Assembly: GCA_951406725.2 (NCBI GenBank)
Contig: OX597821.1
Span: 26,536,001-26,600,000, forward strand
Reading direction: 5' to 3'
From: Octopus vulgaris
Taxonomy: Eukaryota
DNA: 64,000 nt
The notes beneath the pieces are model-generated. The model had not been told where the DNA came from, made no database searches, and saw only the letters and a list, made by a program, of their open reading frames with translations. Both the position numbers and the translations under genes were made by a program. Of the stretch, positions 52,169 to 64,000 are shown piece by piece. Each line of letters opens with the position of its first letter. Positions within the stretch are counted from its first letter, which is position 1.

Positions 52169-52600
52169 GGTAGCGAGTTGGCAGAACCGTTAACACACCG
52201 GAGAAAATGCTTAGCGACATTTCATCCGTCTTTACGTTCTGAGTTCAAATTCTGCTGAGGTCAACTTTGCCTTTCATCCTTTCGCGGTCAATAAAATAAG
52301 TATTGTAGCAGCAATGGAGTTGATGTAATCGACTTACCCTTTTTTCGAAATTTTTTGGTCCGTGTTGCAAAATTTGAAACCAATATTTACTTGGAAGAAG
52401 GCGTCGAGCTGGCAGAATTGTAAGCACGCCGTACAAAATGCTCAGCGCCATCTTTACCGTCTTTACGTTTTAAGTTCATATTTCCCCGCGGTCACGTTTG
52501 CTTTTCTTCCTTTCAGAGTCGATGGAATAACTACCAGTCGAAGACTGTAATCGACAAGTCCCCTAACCCCCAAATTTCAGACCTTGTGCCTGAAAAGGAA
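51685..52600 (+). mobile_element. Head-to-tail cluster of four family-1 SINEs, partly separated by (ATT)n
   Basis: Copies at about 51685, 51869, 52169 and 52399. Confidence 0.8.
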
Positions 52601-53164
52601 TATTAAAATTCTGTTGCAGAAAGGAATATTAAAATTGAAGGTTCACTTGTCTTTTTGCAGTTTATATAAATCTTTAATCTTTTGTCTTCTTTCAGTCACT
52701 TGACTGCGGCCATACTGGAGCATCACCTTAAAGGGTTTTAGTCGAACAAATCAACACTAGGACATATTTTTTTTAACCTAGTACTTATTATATCGGTCTT
52801 TTTTGCCGAACCGCTATGCTATGGGGACATAAACAGACCAGCACCGGTTGTCAAGCGGCGGTGGGGGTCTTCGTAAAATATCACACAGGACGTGGTGCCG
52901 CACCATTTTGTGTCACGTAAACGATGGTGTTCATAAAGATCTTCTCGATATGTAACAGTGTGAGTGTCAATCCAGGCATTAACCGCACCGAGCTCGATGT
53001 CTCGGATAACCTGCAAAGGTGAAGAGCACAAGAAGTTTTCTCAAAATCAAGGCAATGAATACATAGCGATCGCTTAATTGAAGATGTCAATGTGAGTTCT
53101 ATGTTATGTGATTAATACTGATTTTAAGAAGCATACATACTCATAACGTTGTTTGTCTTTGCAG

Positions 53165-54650
53165 AAAAGAAATGCACGATGGAGCTGTGAAGTTCGCAAA
53201 GGCTTTGATGAAACTAGGCATTAAAAAAGGAGACAAGATTGCATTTTGTGTTCCTAACTGTGTGGAATGGATGAGCTACGATATTGGAATCATGATGACT
53301 GGAGCATATTCTATGAGATTAATGTTTGGATTAGCAGATATAAAATCTGTTATAGAAGGTTGTAGTGCCGTAGTATTTGGTTCCAAATCTATTTGGGACA
53401 GTTTCTTATCCATTGCACAAATAAACAATAATGGAAAAGTATCTTGCGAAGCGTGTCCCGATTTGAGGTTTGCCATTGATGTGTCCAATTCTCACAGACC
53501 AGCCAATGCTTTATCTGCTGCTAAATTGATGGCAGAAGTAAGTGACGATGACGAGGTTGAGTTTCCTTACATTGACCCCGAAGATATTGCAGCAATCAAT
53601 CAGACTTCAGGAACCACAGGTGTACCTAAACGTATATGTCACAGCCATTTCAACTTTATAAATCTACCAGATAAGTTTGTTAGTGGCACTAGTATTTCTA
53701 CTTTTGATGTATTATTTTCCAGTCGACCAATGGGATATATTGGAGGATATCCGTTGCTGCTCTTAACCAAGGGAGCCAAACATGTCACTGGAGATGTAGA
53801 AATGTTGAACGATACGAAGAATTTCGATTTTGTAGTAAATTTATGGCAGCAAGAGAAATGTACTATTGTGGGTGTTGCACCACAGGACTTGAAACGACTT
53901 GGCAATCGTGGGTTTCGTGTAAAGACGGTACTATCCGGTGGAGATATGCTTACACATGATGCAATAGAGTATTCTTTTAAAATTGCAGATGAATTTGGAA
54001 TTATTTATGGAGCCACTGAAGCTTTGATTATATCCAGTAGATTTTTTACTCCAGAAAACATGTCACAACATCGACAAGGAATGCTCGGGCGACCACTTGA
54101 AGGAACAGAAATCAAAATTGTTGACGAGGAGAAGAGGGTTGTGGATATTGGAAAGACAGGCTATTTATATTTTCGAAGTAAGTGGACGACGAAAACATTT
54201 CTTGATGGCACCTCGTGTCTAGAAAAAGGATGGTATTCAACGTCAGATATTGGTTACTTAACTAAAGATGGTGACATCATAATGATTGGAAGAAGTACAG
54301 ATTTTATCAAAAAGTGTACGGTAAAGTTATCGATTAAACTTATTGAAGATTATGTCGGACGTCAACCGAACGTAGATGCTGTGGTTGTTGTACCAATCCC
54401 TGACGAGGAGGTTGGTGAACGTGTGTGCGCATGTGTTACCATTCGACCAAATCACGAGTTCAATGAAGAAGAATTGAAAAAGTTTTGTACGGAAACAATG
54501 CCACAACCAAAGAGCTTTGATTGTGTATCGATGCACCCTGATTACATTTTATATTTTCCTTCATTTCCACTTTTGGCTAGTGGTAAGTTTGACAGGAAAG
54601 CTATAAAAACTTTGGCTCTTAAAAAAGTAAAAGATTCTAAAAATAATTAA
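53165..54650 (+). CDS. AMP-forming acyl-CoA synthetase (ACSF2/FadD-like), paralog 2, second coding exon (spliced protein about 543 aa)
   Basis: Intact ORF with TSGTTGVPK, YGATE, TSD, GRSTDFIK and SGKFDR. Acceptor tttgtctttgcag ends at 53164. Intron 48130-53164. Confidence 0.92.
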
Positions 54651-57099
54651 TATCAATTTAAGATTTTCAAACTAATATCATATATTTCTATAAAACGTGC
54701 ATTAAAGTATCAAACGTATTTTGACACTGCATAAGAGACAAATTTAAAAAGTAAAATTTAATCTTTATTATTAAACGGTGGATGTTTCGGTTGTGTTTTG
54801 TTTTTTTAACTTCTGCTTGTTCATATTTTATAAAATGAAAATCTGGATAATCCAGCTAGTTGATTCTGTGACAATACATCGGGAACTGGAAACAATGAAA
54901 CTAACAAATCAAAGTAGATTAAGTTTACAATTTGTTCAAATTTCAATGACGTATATTTACCCCCCTTTCGAATTCAATTAATCAAATCATAAATGTTTGA
55001 AGAAATTGAAATAAAAAAAAAACAAAGAAAAAAAAATAAAAGAAAACCCACCTTTTTTTTTAGCTTAATGAGTATTATAATTTGATAAAAGAATTATATA
55101 TAATAAATTATCGATTTTGTTTATTTTATTAACTTTTCAATATCATGCAACCAGAAATCTGAATGGGAACTGACACTGATAAATGTTTTCTCTAACAAAT
55201 ACTTTAATTGTATAATTTAATACGTTTTCGAATGTGCATTTCAAGTACGAAAGGATGTCAGTTGGATAAGTGATTAGGGTGAAAGACTTATTCAGCTAAC
55301 TTTCGATGGATTGTAATTTGTCTATATTGTTTTATTTTCATGTGAAGAGTATTAACTCTATGGTTTTTCTCTCCGTTATTATTTAGTAGAATCGGTGAAG
55401 GGAAATCACTCATGATACCTCTAGGCCTTCTCACACTCGTGAGGTGGATACAGTTGATGTTAAGTTTGAACTTTTCGCTCGACGTTTGTCGAAAACATGG
55501 GATCATCTAAGTGGTAATTCTGCTTGAAATAGCAGCCGAATTTCCCTTCAAATAATACCCTAGAATCTTTGAAAAGATGAAGAAAAAAGAGGAATACCTT
55601 GGATAAAGTTGTCCTGAGTGGAATCTTTACATAGGTTGCGGAATAATCAAGTGTTGCTTGCGCATATTTGAGAGGGAAGCCCACAGAGCGATGTTTCAGA
55701 TGTGTGTGCAGTATTTTATTGGGTGTCATGAACAGTATTGCAAACGCCATTTTAAACAGCTTCCAATTTTGATTAGAATCATTTCCTTTGTATTTCTGAT
55801 GCAATACAAAACGGTGTAGGTGCAGCAGAAGCTTAATTCCTTAACTTGTAAAATTTTGATCTTGTACTTTTATAAGAAATCAATATTCCAGTTGTTGATG
55901 TTTATGATTATGTCGTTGTTTAGTCCCAGTTAGCATAGACGGAATAGACCCATAATCAGAGCCATCAATGCAACACTCGTTCATATAATGTATTCAGGAC
56001 CACATCATCTAATGTGTTTATTTTTATCCCAGCATTCTTTCGTTTCTGCCGATACTGCTCTCGAAAATTAAGCGGGAATACTAAAAAAAAAATATACTCA
56101 AAGACACTTTAGAAGGAGCATAAAGATTATCTCGACCTCACCACTTGATTGGTGCTTATTTTATTTTATACAATTAATAATTATAAATATAAAAACATCA
56201 AAATAAAATGAGATCATTGTAGATGTCATACGAAACCGCTAGAGTAAACAAAGACTTGTTAAAACTTTAGTTTACTTAGTAAGAAAATAAACAATACTCT
56301 GCGTTTTAGTAATTATTCAGCAAACAACAAAATACCCAGACGAACTAGATAAATACATTCCGATTAATTCAGGCAGGCAAGTGTATGTGTGGTGGATAGT
56401 CACTATATGGTAGTAGACGGACGACTCGACTGGTGCAGTGGTCGTAATGGTGCGATAGAGATATTGGGTTTAGAGGTGAGATAAAGACCTAATGGTTTTT
56501 GGAGTGCCTGTGTGTCGGTTACAAATGCAGATGGAGAATGAAACTAGTTGATATAGAAATCTGTTGCTTACAACTTTTGAATTATTCATTGACATCATCA
56601 GTTAAGAGGAATGTGAGGGCCAGAGGCTAAAAACGGTTGTGAATGTTGAAAACACCAAGGATAATTGCCGTGGATAATTGAAAGAGGAAAAGGGAAGTAA
56701 TGTCTTTGATGTAGGAATGGTTATGGTGGCAGAGTTGTTGGGTGAAGGTGGGAAGCAGAGAAAGCAGATATATTTGAAAGATTGGGGAGAGTGACTTGAG
56801 TGGAATCTATATATCTATGCCATTACTATTCACAGTGGTGTTTGAGTAAAGAGAGCCGTAGCATGAGCAATAAATATGGGCTGTAGGTAAGGGTTGAGAG
56901 ATTTATAAGTCGGGGATGAATAAGACGTATGGCTTGTGTGTTAGTGAGATAATTTGGGTTTAGATTTTATCGGATTTCACCGAAAATAGAGTGAATTAAG
57001 CAACGGATTTAGCCTTGGGAATCCATGGGAGCATAGAAGATGTTATATACTTTCGGTTTGGGAAATCCGACTGTTACACAATCGATTCAAAGGAAAAGA

Positions 57100-58395
57100 G
57101 AAACATCGCTGATACATAGCTTGTTTATGATCAATCTGAAAGTTTTTGTAAATGTGTTAATAATTTGATAAAAATGTTTGGACTGGTTACGATATTTTTA
57201 AAGAATATGGGGACCGCTTTTCACCATTATAAACATTCCTACTTGATTTTGTAAAATGTGCAAAATAGCTGATCTAAAAAGTATGATTACTTCGCTGGTA
57301 ACCAACAAAGAATGTCTCTTGTAACAAGGAAAGCTTAGCCAAAGACCGCTACTTCCATACGAACAATATATACGGACCTCAAAGCTCTCTGTATATAGTT
57401 TGATTCCTGTAGTAGTGATGAAACCAACATATGGCTGACGTAATTGGATGTTAGATAAGATTCAAAACATTAGTGAATAAAGCCGAAACAACTAATCACT
57501 GCCAGAAATGAGCACAGAGATATTGACCGCTTCTACTTACTTAAGAGGAATATAAGGAGATCGAAGTGAGTGTATGGGATCACTTTACCGCAACACATCA
57601 GGTGAAAGGCTTTAATTCCTATCAATAGAAAGCCAGGCATTCCCATGATTTTAGAAAACGTTACGTTGACAGCAGCATAAGTAAAGTAATCTACCTTGGA
57701 CCAATAACTAGTACATCAGCTCTAACTTTGATTAGCATACTTTTGCAATCGAGAAAAAAAAAAGAAATAACATTATATTCGTTCTATAAAAGTTTTGGGA
57801 CGTCAGAGCATTTATATGTGGTATCTAGTATAACTTTGAATATGCGATGTACATCATAGGCTGTTGTCTAAAAATGCCATCACGATATGGTCTACATATG
57901 AAGCATAAAGGTATAATGTAATGGCACTAGAAAAGAGTCAAGAAGATAAAATATAATTTAAGGTGATACAAAGGACAAATACTAGGAAAGAGTAGCGGTG
58001 AATGTTTCATTCTAACCATCTGTAAAACCTATGCTTCCAATTTTCCTGGGAATGATATGGGAAAGAGAAAACAAAGCCACTGTACTTAGTAACTGGAATT
58101 AGTTGTTCAACAGACTTTTACATAATATTAAAGATAAAAAATACATCCATCCCCAATTAATGCTAAATCTGTTGATTCTACACCCGAAATATAACTTTAT
58201 GTTTATAGCAGAGATTATAGGAGCACTTGGTATGTATCTGACTATTTCAGCCCCTTTTTCTAAAACTTTGATTTTACAAAATCGGAACGGACACGGTTGG
58301 TTAAGAAACTATAATTCTAACTATTTATGAAACTGGAAAAATTGTGTAAAACTTTCCAGATATTTATCCCGTAATAAATATATACATACATACTA
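57100..58395 (+). mobile_element. Heavily decayed REL-type non-LTR element related to 26631-27107
   Basis: ..LHPKYNFMFIAEIIGALG.. remnant and a similar 3' UTR (gtgtaaaactttccaga). Ends near CATACATAC. Confidence 0.5.
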
Positions 58396-59325
58396 ACACA
58401 TAGTATTCGACCGTTACACCTTATCCCTTTTCATCGATTATGCATTTGCATTTCAAGGACTGTATAAGATGCTACACATGTTATTAGTAGCTACCTCGAA
58501 ATGTCGTCAAGTTACTACCTCCAAGTATGATATGCTGTTGTAATGTCGCCTGGAGGGGAAAACTCCCTGAAACAAATGCTATGTTTCTGATATTGAATAA
58601 ATATATACATATCAACACAAGGAATATTGGTGGCACGGTCCCATGAAAACTTTCACCAAATGCAAGCATAAGAGGACTGATATAATGGTTAAGACAGAAA
58701 AGTAAAATTATATGTAGTCGTAGAAGCCATCTGTCCTTTGAATATAAGTACTGTTTATGCCAATAATTATAGATGCATTTGGCTATATTAGTAACATTTT
58801 AAGCGATCATCTCGAAAACTAGGGATTTCGTGGCAAAGGAAAGTGTCAAACTCATAGCTATTTACAAATACAATAGGTAGGCGGAACAATAAAAATGTAC
58901 AAGACATTTCTAAAAGTTCATCATATAACACATGCATTTGTAGACAACGTAAAACCGTCTGCTATCAGTTTGCAAAGGGCATTCGTTCCTAAATTTGAAG
59001 TTGCAACTAGATCTACCTGGTACGAAGGAGGAGCTTCCCGTATGCAGAATGGATGTTGTACTTAGAAGGCACGGTAGGGTTTAGGGTTGTGCCCTCCAAC
59101 CAGCTCTCGGCATTTTTTCACTATTATCGAAATCGTTTGTACCTATAATGTATTGATTAATAAATGACATCATAAATATTCTAGATTCCTGGGAAATATC
59201 AAAGGCAGTAGTATCCTGGTGGTTTGCTGGTTTGCTGGTTTGCCTCAGAAACTCTATTTCTGTGGTTGGTACTCGAGGTATTGCAGCTTTTATTATTATC
59301 ATTATTATCGTCATCATCATCATCA

Positions 59326-59356
<31 letters not shown>

Positions 59357-59357
<1 letters not shown>

Positions 59358-60050
59358 GAGTGAGCGAGCAGAGCATGCCATCAAAGTGACACTGGGGTGA
59401 AATATACGAAGCCCAGTATACCCATCATGACTACCCGTCTGATAAGGGTACACCAGGCACATGCATCACAACCATATGTGCGCGACATGGTGATCTCATA
59501 TCAAGATAAACAGCACATGACCTTGCAGGTGGAGCCCAGTTAGAATTTTCTTCAGATCGAGTAACCCATCCCGCTCAAAAGGTCCCTGAATAAAGGTTGT
59601 TTAAGGACGTTGAACGAAACACCCATGTTTCCAGAGGTGAATTATTCAAACCCCAAAGAATCCTTCTCAACACATGGCTATGATGCTCCCCCACTACTTC
59701 TGCTCGTGATCAGAGATGCACATATCATCAGCCCCTAAGGGACATGCTCAACTGGTTATGGTCAAACAACTGACAAGCAAATCTGTGGTATTGAGCAGAA
59801 TATTTGCTGTAGCCCATCTTTTATACCAAGACAAAACAATGTACATGATAACACTTCCAATCAGTTAAGATCAGAAGCCATGAGAGCCACTGCCTGGTAC
59901 TGCATCAGGGCATTGGCAAATCTGTGGTATTGAGCAGAATATTTGCTGTAGCCCATCTTTTATACCAAGACAAAACAATGTACATGATAACACTTCCAAT
60001 CAGTTAAGATCAGAAGCCATGAGAGCCACTGCCTGGTACTGCATCAGGGC

Positions 60051-60111
<61 letters not shown>

Positions 60112-60760
60112 GAGTGAGAGAACAGTGCATGCCATCAAAGTGACACTGGGGTAAAATATACGAAGCCCAGTGTACCCATCATGACTACCCGTTTGATAAA
60201 GATACGCCAGGCACATGCATCACAACCATCTGTGAGCGACAAGGTGATCTCATATCAAGATAAACAGCACATGATCTTGCAGGTAGGGCCCAGTCAGAAT
60301 TTTCTTCAGGTTGAGTAGTCCCTGAATAAGGTTTGTTTAAGGATGATGAACGAACCACCCATGTTTCCAGAGGTGAATTATTCAAGTACCAAAGAATTCC
60401 TATCAACATACACTATGATTCTCCCTCACTACTTCTATTCGTGATCAGGTCAAACAACTTACAAGCATATATGTAGTACTGAGCAGAATATTTGCCGTAA
60501 CCCAAATCTTATACCACCACAAAACAATGTAAATGATAACACTTCCAATCAGTTAAGATCAGAAGTCATGAGAGCCACTGCCTGGTACTGTATCAGGGCA
60601 GTAATGGACATGCCACTAAGGAACATGCTCAACTGTTTAAGGACAAGCAACTAACAAGCAAATCTGTGGTATTGAGCAGAATGTTTGCTACATCCCATCT
60701 TTTATGGCAAAACATATACATGATAAAACTTCCAATCAGTTAAGATCAGAAACCATGAGA
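59357..60760 (-). mobile_element. Two tandem copies of a ~560-bp non-coding element associated with (TAA)n, each with a duplicated end
   Basis: Copies at 59357-60053 and 60111-60760, (ATT)n at about 59330-59357 and 60052-60111. 59777-59914 is duplicated at 59916-60053. Confidence 0.8.
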
Positions 60761-60949
60761 ACTACGGAATACGCAGGACCTTCTTTCGAACATGCTTCGT
60801 AAGTCATGCTTAAAACTGATGTTTTCACTCTTTGTTATCACTGTATGTTTTAAATTTTTGTAATAAATTTTGAATAAAGACACCAGTAATCTCGTGCTAG
60901 TGTTTTGTGGTTGTTTTTGTTCCGTAAGGAGCAGTATTTATCTTTTATT

Positions 60950-63900
60950 TATTGCATTCATAAAATGCCCCACTTGTTTACAAAAGCACAAAAATAAACA
61001 AAAATCACCATCGCCTTCAGTGGTCATCATGGGAGCGTCGAGGGGGCGAGAACTTTCCCCCAACCAGATCTCTAACAGAAGAAGACATTCCCCTGTTTCT
61101 GTCGTTCACTCACAGCGACAGCAATAGCAACAACCACTAGCATTTAAGAGCTCGTGAAGCATGCAAATTTCGCAGTAGCAACAATATCAGTTCGAAGACT
61201 AAGAGAGAAAATAGTAAAATCAACAGCAGCACCGCCACCGTCGCTATGGACAACTGCAAATTTGCAATCACCAAAGGAGAAACAATGAGCATTAACGATA
61301 ATGAGACGGACTCAACGAAAAGCAAAACCAAAGAACGAAGAGTGTATAAACAAGTGATAAAGCCAACGACCACACCGTTATCGGCAACAACAACGGGAAA
61401 CGTAATGACACCGACAAAAACAACACCAAATCAAAAAGGGTTTTCAAACGTGGCCAACATTAAAAAAGAAATGATTCAGCTGGCCCTCGATGAAAAAATA
61501 AAGGAAGTGACCGAAGTAAAAAAAAATCATAAAAACTGAGGTGGGTAAAGCAGCAGTAATTGTGCACCCTGAAGTGATGGAAATAAAAGAAAGAAATGCT
61601 GTTTTTATTAAATGTGTCTCGCTTAAGAGCTGGCGAGCAGAAATGGCCTCAGTCTGTCAAGTGGAGGAGATTCTGAAGGACATCTTAGAAGACGTGGCCC
61701 ACATAAGAAGAGGCAGGCATTACGCCAGCAACGAAGTTCTCTTCAAAGGTGAGGACCTGGCACGAAAACATGCAGTAACGCCCTGGTGGGGTGAGAGGTG
61801 GGTCCTGTAGCCAACCTAACTTTCAAAAAGAACTGCCAGATAAGAATATCAAGCGTTCCACTGGGTGTGAACGTCAGGTAGATTGTAGCTTGCGTGGTAG
61901 AGGATCTGGAGTACTCCTAGAGATGAAACAGAGCAGCAGGGAGAACTGATCCGAGAAAACCATAGAAATCCTGCTTCTTGTGAAGCCAGAGTCCATGCAA
62001 AAATCCCGGACCTTATATAGTTATCCAACGGGGTTGATCTGTGTGTTATAGTAGAAGGCAGATAGCCTAAGTGCGACATTTGTGAGGCCACAAGCCACCT
62101 CAGAACCCTCCGCCCCCAAAAAGACAGGAGGCACGAGGCCACTTCCACCATAAAAAAAAACCCTTCAATAACAGCAGCAACAGAGAAAATATGCCACACA
62201 TGCAGCCTTATATTCAGGTGAAACGCAAAGATAATAGAGATAACTACCCACGGTGTCTCCCAAACCAGCACTTCCTCTCCCCTCCCTCAAGCACACACTT
62301 ACACTGCGACGTTCACACAAATACAAACACACTCACATACTCAAAGACAAATCCCACAAACACTAGTTCCTCCAAATCCCGTAGCAAAGATGAGGAAGAA
62401 CCACAAAAAGTAAAAAAGAAATGTACCTGGGCCTACACCAACACTAGAAAGCTCCAGTGAAAAGAACACAGGGACGTCTAAAACAACATCACCCCAACAG
62501 TTTCGATCTAAAAAGAAAGCACACACGCTCTAAAAGGAAAGAACATACACCAGTCGACCACAGAAACTCCCAATTTCGTGCTGGTGACGAGAGCCAACAA
62601 AAATTTGATGGTCCTCATAGCCAGAAATAAGGAAATTGAGAGAGGAGGTGCAATATATGATATCAGCACCCACAGGTGGTGGGAGGTCTGCCAGATTTCA
62701 GACGTTTGGAGGTTTTCCTTGGGACGTTACGCGCTTTAATGCTAGTTGGCGATTGGAACGCCATCTTGGACGCACATCTAGATAGGGTGGGCTAGCCGAT
62801 AGGAGAGTGGGGTGTAAAAACCTCACAAACCTGCTCAGTCGCTTTCAGTTGGCTGACATGTACTAACTGGGTTTCCCGAATGTGCTAATGTGGACATGGG
62901 CAAACCGCATCGAGTCTTACAGCTCATAACTAGATAGAGTATTTTGTAGGCCTGTAGATAGAAACAGTATAAGTTGTCCACAGTTCAAACTTATCGTCTA
63001 CACGGACCGCAACTTTGTGATTTGTACGGTCGACATAGATAGAATACATTGACAGGGCCCCAGATACTGGAAACTGGACGCGTCCTTCTCGGCGCGCCAA
63101 GCTTTCAGAGATCAGGTTAGCAAGTTTGTCCATCTTTTGATATGGTCATTATTGCGTGTGCAATCGTCAACAACCAATGGTGGCTAAAAAGGATTCGCTT
63201 TTGATCAATTGTTCAATGCCAAGCACAAAACTTGCGTTATCAGAGTTAGGGTGAGTTCACCGAGACGGAAGGGTCCGAAAGAAGTTCGATGGGCCCCCGG
63301 ATAGCAGAAGCGCTACGTAGAAACGAAGCCACAATTCTAGGATGCGGTAGTTTTGTGTCGGCCAATGCGGACGACGTAACCATAATAGTGTCGGATATCT
63401 AAGAAATCTAGGTGGTCGGCACTGCTCTAAGGGAGTACGAATCGGGGACCGAAGCAAAGGTTAACCAGGAGGAGTCGGTGGGGCTATAGCTAGGTACCCG
63501 GAGAAGCAGATGCATGCCAACCTATAGCATCGTAGGGCACTGGACGGAAGGCCCAGCTGAATTACTTGGGGTCTGCCTTGGTGGACAAGGACTGGGTAGA
63601 GGGGACGAGAGGGGTTGCCAGCCTCACCCAGAAATGGTCAGAGAGGAAGTTGTCCGTGAGGGGCCGGGTGGAGGTGCTGATGCGTAAATCGCTTCCGTCA
63701 TCTACAACTGCTTGACTGCCATCTCTTGCCCTGCTTCGTGGCTGATCAAGCTGGAGAGCTTCCTCTTCCGCTTTCTGTGGATGGAACGCGTTCCCCTCGT
63801 CAAACGGGCATGCGGTGGATAATGATGCGTAGACATGCGCTGAGGCTGCGACATCTCCAGCTATTCCTCAACAGTGAGTAGGTGTGGTCGCCGTTTGTCA

Positions 63901-64000
63901 GACGGGATTTTCCACAGTTCGTCTCTTTGACGGAGCTGCAGACCTGGATCAAAAGTAGACCGAGAAAGAGAGCTTGGGACCTGGAAGTGTTGACAAACGC
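60950..64000 (+). mobile_element. Decayed Tx1/L1-clade element (ORF1 and ORF2 remnants)
   Basis: PKCDICEATSHL knuckle at about 62066, LVGDWNAIL, LDRVFCR, GPRYWKLD, and RT C-terminal remnants (KWSERKLSVRGRVEV). Confidence 0.75.

Noticed and set aside
55460-55804. 114-aa minus-strand ORF
   Set aside because: No recognisable motif or splice support.

Overview
AT-rich, microsatellite-saturated animal genomic DNA. The repeat landscape (three tRNA-type SINE families, (TA)n/(CATA)n/(TAA)n arrays, Penelope, R4/Dong, Tx1, RTE, CR1, mariner, Tigger) looks like a coleoid cephalopod, probably Octopus; this is an inference, not a database result. The only host genes I can support are two same-strand paralogous AMP-forming acyl-CoA synthetases (ANL superfamily, ACSF2/FadD-like) about 40 kb apart. 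The second is complete in two coding exons (47984-48129 + 53165-54650). The first shows only its large exon (13004-14471). The rest is mostly decayed mobile DNA. The non-coding repeats contain about ten type I hammerhead ribozyme motifs of the Penelope-LTR kind and one decayed HDV-like motif. The most novel signal is in two sequence-divergent, direct-repeat-bounded non-coding elements (9700-10660 and 46460-47735). Both carry all the hammerhead catalytic parts in a re-wired, double-pseudoknotted order, and three of their four helices covary. This is a candidate new hammerhead topology or retrozyme-like system.
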